64,000 nt of DNA from Rubripirellula sp. (GTDB lineage Bacteria > Planctomycetota > Planctomycetia > Pirellulales > Pirellulaceae). The notes under the pieces were generated by a model, which was not told the DNA's origin, did no database searches, and worked only from the letters and a program-made list of their open reading frames with translations. This document shows, piece by piece, positions 22,826-33,700 of this stretch. Made by a program: the position numbers and the translations under genes. Where the stretch lies: assembly GCA_965216875.1 (NCBI GenBank), contig OZ244207.1:3936001-4000000 (forward strand), given 5' to 3'. Position 1 is the stretch's first letter, and every line of letters starts with the position of its first letter.

Positions 22826-24502
22826 ATGAAAAAGACGGTTGTCGCATTCATCGCTCTCCTTTGTATCGCGGTCACAGGTCACGCCCAGCAGATTGACCGC
22901 CACATTGCGGGCGGCGAGTTTGGTGCCGCGATCCAGGCTGCGAATCAACTTGGTGGCGGCGGTCGCGATCCACTTCTCGCACAAATCGCTTCCGCTCAAA
23001 GCAGCGCTGGCGAAAACGTTGCCGCGGCCGGCACCGTTGCCGGAATCGGCTCGCCCGACGCTCGCAATCAAGCGATCGAGGGAGCTCGCGGCGGTGGCGC
23101 CTTTGCCGATTTCCAGTCGTTGATTGACCTGATCCAAACCACAGTTGTCCCCGATACTTGGGAAGTGCTCGGTGGCCCCAGCACCATGGCGCCCTATCCA
23201 GCAGGTGTCTACGTCGACGCTCAAGGCACGCTGCAAGAATGCGATGCGTTGATCGAATCCGACGCGGTCGCCGAGCTCAAAGCGCTACTGCAACCCAAAG
23301 CCCAGACGACCGAATTCGTTGACCAATGGCGTCAGCCCGCCAAACTGCGATTCGTTTCGCTGAAACGTCTCCTTGCTGAAGTCACACACCACCGGATCAG
23401 CGGCCGCCCGTTACCAGAATCGCTCAATCACATGGCGGGGCTTTCGCGTGTCCAATACCTCTTTGTCGAAGAAGACGACATCGTGATTGCCGGTCCCGTC
23501 GGTGGCATCGAAAACCAACAAGGCTGGTACCGCGATCGCACGAGTGGGCTCAACGCGATGCGTCTCGATTTCTTCCTCACCTCGTTGCAGTCGTCATTGG
23601 CAAATCAACCGTTCGGCTGCACGATCGATCCAACCACCCGCGGACTGCAGCAAGCCGCTACGGTCGCCGCCGCCGTGCAAGCCGACAAAATCCCCATCGG
23701 GAAGGCAGCCGACGAGATGAGCAATGCGTTGGGAATGCAGCGAGTGGAAGTCTTTGGCACTGCCGGTGACACAACGATTGGCTATTTGATGGTCGAAGCC
23801 GACCGCCACATGAAGGAACTTGCCCTGGGAATTCATGACATGCCCGAAGGCGTGCAAAACTACCTGGATATCGTCGATGCCAACATCGCTCGGGGTGTGC
23901 CCAGCGATCTTCTGTTGCGGTTGTGGTTCACCGCCAAACCGCGTGCCGTGCGCACCGATGACGAGGGAACAACCTTCGAAATCGGTGGCTCGCCAATCCA
24001 ACTGAGCGGCCAAAACGAACGTGCCGTTGCTTCGGGCCAACGCGGTCACGTCACCAACGACTTCCGAACACAGGCCTTTGTCGAACAATTCAATCGACAC
24101 TTCGGCGCCATCCGGACCAAGTACCCCGTTTATGCGTCGCTCGAATCGATCTACCGCTCCGCCTCCGTTGCCGAGCTGATGCGTCGACACGCCCAGTCGG
24201 ACCAGCATCGTCAATTGCTTGAACAACTGGCCAGCGATGCAACGACCTTCCCGCAACGTCTTGTAGCGCCCAAGCAGGTGCAATCGATCGCAACGCTCCA
24301 CACCGTCGTTCACGGTCGCAAACGGCACCACGTGGTGCTGGCCAGCGGTGGCGTCGCCGTTAACTCGAGACAAACGCTCGTCTCGCGATTCGAGAACTAC
24401 CCGTCGCTGCAATCGCTCTCGGGCCAGCCTCAGCGATCGCAACCCAAACCAATCCAACGCTGGTGGTGGGACGCGAGTCGCCAAGTGAGCCGAACGCGCT
24501 AG
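22826..24502 (+). CDS. DUF1598 domain-containing exported protein (second paralog, longer N-terminus)
   Basis: Signal peptide, then GVYVDAQG, LRFVSLKRL, DIVIAGP, TIDPTTRGL, VEADRHMK, RLWF, SGGV, WWWD. Confidence 0.8.
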   Translation: MKKTVVAFIALLCIAVTGHAQQIDRHIAGGEFGAAIQAANQLGGGGRDPLLAQIASAQSSAGENVAAAGTVAGIGSPDARNQAIEGARGGGAFADFQSLIDLIQTTVVPDTWEVLGGPSTMAPYPAGVYVDAQGTLQECDALIESDAVAELKALLQPKAQTTEFVDQWRQPAKLRFVSLKRLLAEVTHHRISGRPLPESLNHMAGLSRVQYLFVEEDDIVIAGPVGGIENQQGWYRDRTSGLNAMRLDFFLTSLQSSLANQPFGCTIDPTTRGLQQAATVAAAVQADKIPIGKAADEMSNALGMQRVEVFGTAGDTTIGYLMVEADRHMKELALGIHDMPEGVQNYLDIVDANIARGVPSDLLLRLWFTAKPRAVRTDDEGTTFEIGGSPIQLSGQNERAVASGQRGHVTNDFRTQAFVEQFNRHFGAIRTKYPVYASLESIYRSASVAELMRRHAQSDQHRQLLEQLASDATTFPQRLVAPKQVQSIATLHTVVHGRKRHHVVLASGGVAVNSRQTLVSRFENYPSLQSLSGQPQRSQPKPIQRWWWDASRQVSRTR

Positions 24503-24817
24503 CGTCGGGCCTTACAAGGACTACGTATCGAATTACCGGCGGCTAGTGCCTTGCCGCTCAACGGTGAGCCGCGATCGCGTAAGCGGCCGGGCCTTAATCG
24601 CCTTCTCACTAGCTGCGCGTCGGCAAGGGCCCGAGGCCTCACGGCCAGAGGCTCACGGGCGCTGCCCAAACCGCTCAACCGTGAGCCGAACGCGCTAGCG
24701 TCGGGCCTTACATTTGCGCCCGCTACTTTCGCGGAGCGAAAGGCGACACTCTTGGCCGCTACACATCCGCTCCCTCTCGGGCTTTAGCACCGACCCTCTC
24801 GCAAGCGGGAGGGTGAT
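24485..24817. repeat. Large REP-like mosaic (B, C pair, B, H, partial E)
   Basis: B at 24485-24511 and 24681-24707, C at 24564-24592 with an inverted partner at 24628-24657, H (CGCTACTTTCGCGGAGCGAAAGGCGACACT) at 24721-24750, E at 24772-24817. Confidence 0.85.
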
Positions 24818-25205
24818 TCCCGCGTGAGTTGCTTCCCCAAAAACAACCAACGTGAACCGTTTCTGTCGCGTTCGGACTGTAGGGTTTATGCGGCCAATAG
24901 GTGTTTGGGAAAACGTCGGCTTTCCGCAAACCCTGCTGGTCGGCCCCGCCTCTTCCTTAGTTGCCGGTTAGGGTTCTTCATCGACTTTGGCCGTATGGGT
25001 GTACGGTCTAGGTTGACAAGAGAGGGGGCGAACGGCTGCTGGCAAAGACAGCCGTTAAACACTCAGCGGCCTGCGTCGACGCACGATTGCGTTGACGCGG
25101 CGCTGATGTGCTTTGTTTGCCGCGTTCATCGCGCAGCGGCCCCAAGTGGTAACTCAGACACTTCAGCGATATCTCCAACAGATATCTCAGACACGCGGGG
25201 CAAGC

Positions 25206-27509
25206 ATGAGTCAGGCAAACAGCGAAGCGGTAGAGTCGAACAAAACAAGCAGCGGATTTCGTTGGTCGAATGTCAAATCGACAACCAAGTTCTACATGGT
25301 GTTCGGCGTCGTGATGCTGCTGAACGCATCGGCGTTGTGCCTTTATCACTTCGCTCTTCGTGAAACGAGCCAATCGTTCACGAGCCTGCTCGATGCCGAA
25401 ATCGCGATTCGCGAACACGCGCTTCGTGCCGACGCAGCAATGAAGCTTTGCCGCGAAGAAGAGCTCGAGTTCGTGATCAATCGCGATCCAAAATGGGCCT
25501 CCGAACTGAGCGAGACCACCGAGAACTTGATCTCGCAAATTGAAGGGATCGACGCGGTTGCAAAACGCATCGGTGACAAAGAGTCTCAGGAACGCGCCGC
25601 CAAGGTGTCCGACCAAGTCAACAAATACTCAAACGCATTCAGCGATTTGGCAAAATCGTTCGAGACCAAGGGACTGGACCACAACTCGGGATTGCAAGGT
25701 CAGTTCCGAAGTGCTGTCCACGGACTTGAAAAAGAACTACCGCGTTTTGATGTCGGGTCCCTACACAGCGACCTGCTCAAATTGCTCGCCAACGAAGCGA
25801 AATTCGCACACCTGCGTGACACGCAGACCCGCTCGGCGTTACTCGATTCGATCGAAACCTATCGCCAATCGCTCGAGACCAGCAGCATCGACAGCGGCGC
25901 CAAAGAGGCATCCTTGGCAGCTCTTTCCCGCTACGAATCAGCGATCGACATCTTTCTTGATGACGACGCCTCGAACGACCAATGGGCCTCTTCGAGCGAC
26001 ATCCTCGGGGAAGCGGCGATCGAAATGGAAAACGCGATCGCGAGTGCCAAAGTCGATAAGGCACCTTACCTGCTTCTGATGGTTCGCCGTGCCGAGAAAG
26101 ACTACTTGATGCGAGGCACGCAAAAGTACATCGACAAAACACACAAAGCCGTCGGCAATCTGCGCGGCGCCTTCGCGGCTTCGGATGTCAGCGACCAAGA
26201 CAAGACGTTGATGAACGAGAAACTCGATGCCTACCTGGCTTCGTTCGACGCACTTGTCGCCGAAAACAAGCACATCATTGAGCTTCAACAAACGCTGACC
26301 GACACCGTCCATCAGGCGGAATTGACGCTCGGAGAGATCGTTGATGATTCCAACGCAAAAGTCGCAACGCAAATCGCATCTGTCAGCTCGAAAAAGACAA
26401 CACTCGCCTCGATGGCATTGGTCGTGACACTGGTCAACATTTTGATCGCATCGGCACTGATCACCTTGGTTGTCCGCGCCTTCTGCAACCGCGTGAACGC
26501 CATCGCTAAAGTCGCTGATCAAATGTCGACGGGCGACCTGAACGCACGCTTCAACGTTGACGGCACGGATGAACTTGGTGCACTTGCCGAGTGCTTCAAC
26601 CGCTTCGTTGTTCATGTGCACCAGGTGATCGAAGAGCTGCAAAGTCACGCATCCGCGCTGGCAAATTCGGGTGGCGAACTTTCACGCACTGCCGGCGAGC
26701 TCTCCGAAGGTGCCGACGACACCAGCAAGCGAGCCGAAACCGTTGCGGCGGCCGCCGAACAGATGTCGGTCAGCATCGGATCCATGGGCCAAACAGGCGA
26801 AGAGATCACGCAAAACATTCGCACCGTTGCCGAATCCGCGCAAGAACTCGGCAGCAGCATTGCTGAAATCTCGTCCAACGCCGACAAAGCGTCGGGCGTC
26901 GCTGGACGTGCCGCAAGCCTCGCAACCGAAAGCAACGATCGAATCGCCGCTCTCGATTCGGCAGCCGTCGAGATCGGAAAAGTGGTCGAGGTCATTCAAG
27001 ACATCGCCGAACAAACCAACCTGCTTGCTCTCAATGCCACCATCGAAGCGGCTCGTGCTGGTGACGCCGGCAAAGGCTTCGCTGTGGTCGCAAGCGAAGT
27101 CAAAGAACTGTCACGACAAACCACCGACGCAACCGAGGGCATTCGCAAACGCGTCGAAGGCATTCAAATGTCGTCGACCGAAGCAATCGACTCAATTCGA
27201 ACCGTCAGCGAAGTGATCGCCGAAGCCGACGACCTTTCACGTGCGATCGCAGCGGCTGTCGAACAGCAAAACGCAACGACTCGCGAAGTGGCTCGCAGTG
27301 CCGAGCAAACGTCGATGGCCATGTCCACCATGTCTCGTGGTATTAGCGAAACGGTCGTCGCCGGACAAGAGATCGCAAAGAACATTGCGGGCGTCCACTC
27401 GGTCACTCAAGGTACCGTCTCAGGTGCCAACCAAGCACGTAACGCGAGCTCCGACATGGAAGACCTTGCTCGCTCGCTGCACGGTGTCGTCAGCCAGTTC
27501 AAACTGTAG
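25206..27509 (+). CDS. Methyl-accepting chemotaxis protein with a large helical periplasmic sensor
   Basis: Two TM segments, a HAMP domain (GDL...[11 protein letters not shown]) and the signalling tip [34 protein letters not shown]. Confidence 0.95.
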   Translation: MSQANSEAVESNKTSSGFRWSNVKSTTKFYMVFGVVMLLNASALCLYHFALRETSQSFTSLLDAEIAIREHALRADAAMKLCREEELEFVINRDPKWASELSETTENLISQIEGIDAVAKRIGDKESQERAAKVSDQVNKYSNAFSDLAKSFETKGLDHNSGLQGQFRSAVHGLEKELPRFDVGSLHSDLLKLLANEAKFAHLRDTQTRSALLDSIETYRQSLETSSIDSGAKEASLAALSRYESAIDIFLDDDASNDQWASSSDILGEAAIEMENAIASAKVDKAPYLLLMVRRAEKDYLMRGTQKYIDKTHKAVGNLRGAFAASDVSDQDKTLMNEKLDAYLASFDALVAENKHIIELQQTLTDTVHQAELTLGEIVDDSNAKVATQIASVSSKKTTLASMALVVTLVNILIASALITLVVRAFCNRVNAIAKVADQMSTGDLNARFNVDGTDELGALAECFNRFVVHVHQVIEELQSHASALANSGGELSRTAGELSEGADDTSKRAETVAAAAEQMSVSIGSMGQTGEEITQNIRTVAESAQELGSSIAEISSNADKASGVAGRAASLATESNDRIAALDSAAVEIGKVVEVIQDIAEQTNLLALNATIEAARAGDAGKGFAVVASEVKELSRQTTDATEGIRKRVEGIQMSSTEAIDSIRTVSEVIAEADDLSRAIAAAVEQQNATTREVARSAEQTSMAMSTMSRGISETVVAGQEIAKNIAGVHSVTQGTVSGANQARNASSDMEDLARSLHGVVSQFKL

Positions 27510-27577
27510 TCGGCTCAGAGCCTGGCGTACGAGTGCCATGAGGTGAAGTGCTTGCCCAGTTTGACGTGCACTCCATC

Positions 27578-27719
27578 AATCACCCTCCCGCGTGCGGGAG
27601 GGTCGGACGCAAGGTCCGGGGTGGGATGATGTTGCAAAACAGCCCTCTCCAGGCCTTCATCGCCTTCACCCTAGCTGCGTGTTGGCAAGGGCCCGAGGCC
27701 TCACGGCCAGCGGCTCACG
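27578..27719. repeat. REP-like mosaic (inverted family E plus a 60-bp copy of 24598-24658)
   Basis: AATCACCCTCCCGCGTGCGGGAGGGTCGG..., and ATCGCCTTC...CTAGCTGCG.GT.GGCAAGGGCCCGAGGCCTCACGGCCAG.GGCTCACG. Confidence 0.8.
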
Positions 27720-27765
27720 AGGACTGGCCGAAACGATTCGAGCAGTTGACTATTCGAGCAGTTGA

Positions 27766-30700
27766 CTATTCGGGCATTTGGTCGCCAAAGTTGTTCCGGA
27801 AGGCGGCGAAATCGAACAGGTTGATCAATTCGTTGCCGTCCTGGTCAAACCCGGCGACGAAATTGGGATCGCTACTTGGGCGGTTGTACGAATTGCGGAA
27901 TTGGGCAAAGTCAAACAAGTCGACGTGCCGGTTGCCGGTGATATCACCGTAGAGCCGGTAGAAATCGTCGACGTGTGATCCGCCCGATGTCCCGTCGCCA
28001 TCACCATCAAAGGCATCTCCGTTTCCATCGCGGATGTGCGTGTCCAGCAGTGTCAACGTGTAGTTGGCGTCAAGCAAGGATCCGTAGGCATCCACCTGAG
28101 CGCCACTAAAGGTAAGCGTTGCAATGGTTTTGCCGTCAACAATCTCGGTGGTTGCGTTCACATCGACGGCCTGATCGTCGCCGTTGCTAAGTTCGAACGC
28201 CCCCGGATCAATTGTTGCTTCGCCATCAAAGTGGACACGAATTTCGCGGACCGTCGATCGCTGCTCTGTTCCGTCATCAATCACCACCTGCTCGACCCCA
28301 AGAGGCCGCGGTGGTGGGGCGAGTGAAATCACGTAGACACCGCCGGCCCGCTCGCTTGCCCCGGTTTCAATTCGCGCGCCAATGGCTAAATCAACCGCAC
28401 CGTCATGGTTGATGTCTCCGATCACGGCGACGCTCGAGCCAAATTGATCCGAAGTGTCCAACGTCGGCATGCCACCAACGCCAGATTCATAGCTCGATGT
28501 TGACGCAACGGTGCCATCCGCATTGAGCGAGAACACATACACTCGGCCCCGCGAGGAGTCGTAGCCGCGCGACCCCACGAGGATCTCTGGCTTGCCATCG
28601 CCGTCCAGGTCGCCTGCGTGGGCAACGCTGTAGCCAAAGTAATCATTGCGTTCGAGGGTCGGGCCGCCGTTGGCTGGATCGATCTTTTGCAATTCGCGAG
28701 CCGATCCGTCCCGATTCATCAGCGCGACGTACACAGCGCCGGCCCAAGGATGGAAAGTAGCGTCACCAACGGAGCCAATCACCATATCTGGAATCGAATC
28801 CCCATCGAGGTCGCCGATACCAGCGACCGATTGGCCAAACGACCAGAAATTCTGAAGTGCGGGGCCGCCACCTGTATTGTTACTAATCAAAGCATGGTCG
28901 TTCACCGTCCCATCAGCATTCATGAATAAGACAAAAACGCCGCCAACGGGGCTACCGTTGTGATAGTGAACGGCCGCCCCGACTGCGAGGTCGGTCACTC
29001 CGTCGTTATTAAGGTCGCCGATGTTCGCAACGGAATCCGCAGTATGCAACAACCCGGCTGCCGTTTCTAAGTTGGACGTCGTCGACGATTTGATCGAACC
29101 GTCAGCATTCATCAACAAGATGTGCAGTGCGTCTCTCGTGCTTTCAACCGTCGCCCCGGACAGGACGGCAAGGTCGGTGACCCCGTCATTGTCAAAGTCA
29201 CCAATATTCGCCACACCACTTCCCAGCATGCTGCTTGCCTCGATCGGCAACGAGCTTGTCGATCCGGTGATGGGAATCGTTGATTTTGCCGTTCCATCCG
29301 CGTTAAGCAACGTGATGAAAACGGCACCAACGTTTTGGTCTGCTCCATCGTCATAGGAGTCTGCGCCGATGACAATGTCGTTGATGCCGTCACCGTCGAA
29401 GTCACCCAGTGGCGCAACCGAGCGACCAAAATTGTCGTTTCGCGCCAACACTGGCCCGCCGCCGGTCTGTTCCGCGATCAATGCCACGTCCTCAATCGTG
29501 CCATCGGTCGGTGAATGAATCTGGACCGCATGGTCTTCCACTTCGCCCGCGTCCGATGGGCCGATCGGTGACTGCGAAGCGACGTCCTGGCCAAGTCGCA
29601 AACGCAAGTAGGATGCCCCGAACACATTGCCTGGGATCGCCGAAAAACTCAGGCTGACGGCCTGAAGCAATGTGCCCGCTGGAACAGCCACCTCGGTTCG
29701 TTCGGTCAATTCGAATTCGCCGTCGCGATTTGCGTCCAACCATCCGTATAGCGTTGCCGCGTTTGCCGTCTGGTTGGTGACCGTGACGGTCACCGCAGGC
29801 GAAGTGCCGGCAGTAAACGAAAGCCCCGGCACGACACTCAAGCCATCTTCATCGCTTGTGGAATGATCAAGGTCATCCGCGGTTGCGGCCGTGTTTTGCA
29901 GGCTCCCATCGTCGCCGTCGATCGCGCGACCAATCACCAAGCCACCCGTTAAGACATGACTTGGCCCGTTGTCTGCGAGCGTCGTTCGGTAGTCGCCAAC
30001 ACCTGTGCCGGATGCGAGGTCGGGCGCATCGCCGTAATCGACGCCTTCGCCAATCGTTGCAAAATTCCAATCGGTCGAATTCAATAACCCCGCAACGGGA
30101 AACCCAGCTGCGTCCTCGATCACGCCGTCATCAAACAGGACGTAGTACTCGGTCTCGGACACCAAGTTGTTCGTCAGGTCAATCGTCAGTGATGTTCCAG
30201 AAACGGTCACTGCCGCGGAATTGACATCGACCGTCTCAACAACGGAATCGTCAGAGGCAAGATGGACGGTAATGTTGCCGCTGCCTTTCTGGGCGGGGTT
30301 ATTCAATGTCAACACCAGCGACGTATCGACCGGCGCAAACCGGGTGCCGTCGACCGGGAACAAACCGGTCACTTCGGGCTCGGGCGTGTCAACATTCAAG
30401 AACCACGAGAATGATTGGCTGCCGAACCTTGCCACCACATCAAGATCGCCATCGAGATCAAAGTCCGCCGCCTCGATCGATGCCAGGTACTCTTCGCCCA
30501 AGGTAATGGGGGTGAATGCGCCACCACCTTCGTTGCGCCAAAATCCGAAAGCCTGACGATCACCGACACCCTCGCCAAGGACATCGAGATCGCCATCGCC
30601 ATCAAGGTCAGCCGTTTCGAAATGGACGCCCCAATCATTGCCCACCGTCATCACGGTGTAATTATTGCTGCCGTCGTTATTGAATAGTTGGGTGCGTGAT

Positions 30701-33700
30701 GAAGTCCCGACAAAGAGATCAAGATCGCCATCCAAATCAAAGTCGCCAGACGTGACGGCATAGGAAAACCCTGACTGCAGCGTTTGACTCGTAAACGTGC
30801 CTCCATTGTTCTCGACCCAGACCACACCGTCATTTCCCGTCACAAAGACGTCGAGGTCGCCGTCGCGATCGGCGTCGACCGGTTCAACATCCAAAACGTT
30901 CGCGATCGCAATAATCGACGTATCGACAAAGGTCCCGCCGCCTTGGTTGACGAAAAGGTGAAGCGTGTCATCGTTTTCCGAATGGGCGAGAATGTCGATG
31001 TCACCATCGCGATCAAAATCGAGTGGTTCACTCAAATCGAGTGACAAGCTGTTGGCATCGATCAAGCGTTCGGTAAATTGGCCGCCGATGTTTTCGTACC
31101 AACTGAATCGCGACGAGGTTCCGACGATCAAGTCTTGGTCGCCATCGGCATCGATATCGGCAACCGCAATGTCACGCACGCCAAAGATGCTGGTGATCTC
31201 ATTTTCAGTGAACTGACCGGTCCCATCGTTTTCCCACCACGCAACCCGCGCTCGTGAGTTACTCGGGATCACGATGTCGACATCTCCGTCACCGTCCATG
31301 TCGGCTGGAAAAGTCCGCTGCCCGCCGCCATTTGAAACGACAATCGATTGCTCGGCAAAGAAACTTGACGAAGGATCGGGTGGAGTGACCGTGACCAAGT
31401 GATCCTCGACCTCGCCATCCACCGCGTCACCAATAAAGCCGAGATCACCCGCCGAACTGAGGCGAAATCTTGCCGCCAACGCACCGTCGACGGCATCCGC
31501 GGGAACATCAAACAGGATTGAGTTGCTTCCGTTGACGACGGCGACCGAATCGGCAATCTGTTCGCCAGCGCCTCCCCAAAAGCCATCGTTGTCAAAGTCA
31601 ATCCACGCGTCGAGCAACGCGCCCGAGGGTGCGTTTTGGACATCGACCTCGATCACTGCGTTCTGTTGCCCTGGCTGGATCGAAACAACCGTGATGGCTT
31701 CTTCGTCATCGATTCCGGTCAAGTCATCCGAATCAAAGTTGGCCGAGGGCACGCCTGCGAATTCGATATCACGGGCTCCAAGCGAGGGGCCCTTTGCCTC
31801 GTGCCGTGGCCCTTGGTCGGCAACCGCTGTCGGGTAAGGCGCGGCCGCGTCGCCGAAGTCATGCCCTTCGTTGACATGGAAGTTCCAATGCGTCTTGTCC
31901 GTGATGCCACCGAACGGCAATCCCGTCGCATCTTCGATCGCTCCCGCATCGACAACGACGTAGTATTCCGTCTGCAATTCAAACGAGGCATTTAGATCGA
32001 CCGTCACTTGGTCGCTGACGAACGTCACCTGACTGCCGGTCACATCGACCGATTCAAACAGCGAATCGTCAGCGGAACGGAAGACCGATATCGTTCCCGC
32101 CCCGGCAAACACCGCCATGTCGAAAGTCATGACCAGCGGAGCGTCGGTTTCGACCCCTTGCGCATCGTCGGCCGGACTGAGCGAGGCGATCGCGGGCCCA
32201 GCAAGTTGGGTCACACCATCGATGTTCAGCAAATATTCGCCAGAGGTGAACGACCGAGCAAAGACGCGCACTTTGTGTGCGCCAAGCCGAGTGATCGTAT
32301 GGGTCAGCGAACCGTCGTCCGCACTGGCGACCAAGACATCGTTAGAATCATAGAGTTCGACAAAATGGCTCAGGTCATTGTCGAACAATCCGCTCGCGTC
32401 ACCGGGTGTGGAAACCGTAACGGTGATTTCGTCACCCACTTGTGGCTCAAACGTATAGTGATCTGTATCCCCGGTTGACTCGCGGAAGTACGAGATCAAG
32501 TCGATGCCGTCGGTCGAATAGGTGAGCGGCAAGACTTGTGCGAGCGTGCTCGAGTAGCTGAGGTCTCGCAGCCAACCATGAACCGGCGTTTCTTCTATGA
32601 AGTAAGTATCCGGCCCCAACGCAACGGCTCGCGCAACGTAGCCACGGTCATCTTGGAGTGGAGCCGAGGAAGAAACGCCTTGTGTCGAGATCAGGAATAT
32701 CTGGTCTTGAAAGATCTCCATCCCATTCAGGATTCCGGTCGTCGGAGTGTCGGCCGTCGCAACCTGGTTGTGACTGTTAACGTCGATCACGGTCACACGA
32801 GAGGGAGCACTGCGAGCGGCATAGAGATAGTCGCCCTGGCTATCCAATTCGATGGCGACCAAGCCAGACAACCCAGTGATTGTGTCGACCACCGTCGAAC
32901 TGGCGCCGTTGACGGCAATCACCGAAACGGATCCCGAAGAAACGTTTGTGGTAAACACCTTCGAGCCATCATTCGAGAAGATCGCTCGACGCGGCGAGCT
33001 GCCAACCGAAAGTCGAGCGACCTCGCTGAAGGTGCTTGTGGATATCAACACTAGTTCGTCATCGCGTGTTGCCGGCACGGCAAGGAGCGAACCGTCTGGC
33101 GAAAGAGTGATTTTCGTGTGGCGGTTGAATGAAGCATAGGTGTTGCCGACGGCAAGCGTCCTTCCCAGCACGCTCGCATCGCCATCCAGATCAATCTCGT
33201 AAAGGAAGTCCGTTGTCGACGAGTCTGTCGTCAACACATAAGCCTTCGTGCCATCGTCGTTGACCAACAAATGCCGCGGTGAGTCCGTGAGCCCGCTGAT
33301 CGTCGCAACAGAAGATTTGGCTGACAGGTCGACAACGGACACCGAATGGTCTTCGGAGTTGCTCACGACGGCGTGAGTCCCGTCGGGTGTAAACGCGACG
33401 TACTGGGGCCCATCGCCCGTCGGAATCCAATCGGTCGCCGTCTGAGTCTCGAGGTCCACGATCGTGATATTATCCGACTCGAAGTTCGTGGTGATCGCAG
33501 TGCGACCGTCGGGCGAAACTTCGACGGAAAAGGGAACATCCCCTTCAGGCGATGTACCGGCGACAACCTCAGCCAGCACACTCGATGACGCACCGTCGAT
33601 ATTCAGGACCGAGAATTGTTGTGTCGCCGTACTGGTCGCTTGAATCCCTTTGTATTCAGTTGGGCTCGTCGCAATCTGATTCAGGAACAAGAAGACCGGC

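Noticed and set aside
24485..24817. Possible CRISPR array (recurring 27-30-bp palindromes; also 58152-58480)
   Set aside because: The repeats belong to different families, are irregularly spaced, occur in both orientations and are dispersed through the window. No cas genes are present.
24874..24960. sigma28 promoter or c-di-GMP-I riboswitch upstream of the MCP
   Set aside because: GCCAATAG lacks a matching TAAA -35 at the proper spacing, and the GEMM core (GGCAAAC..GAAA..GACGCAAAG) is not present.
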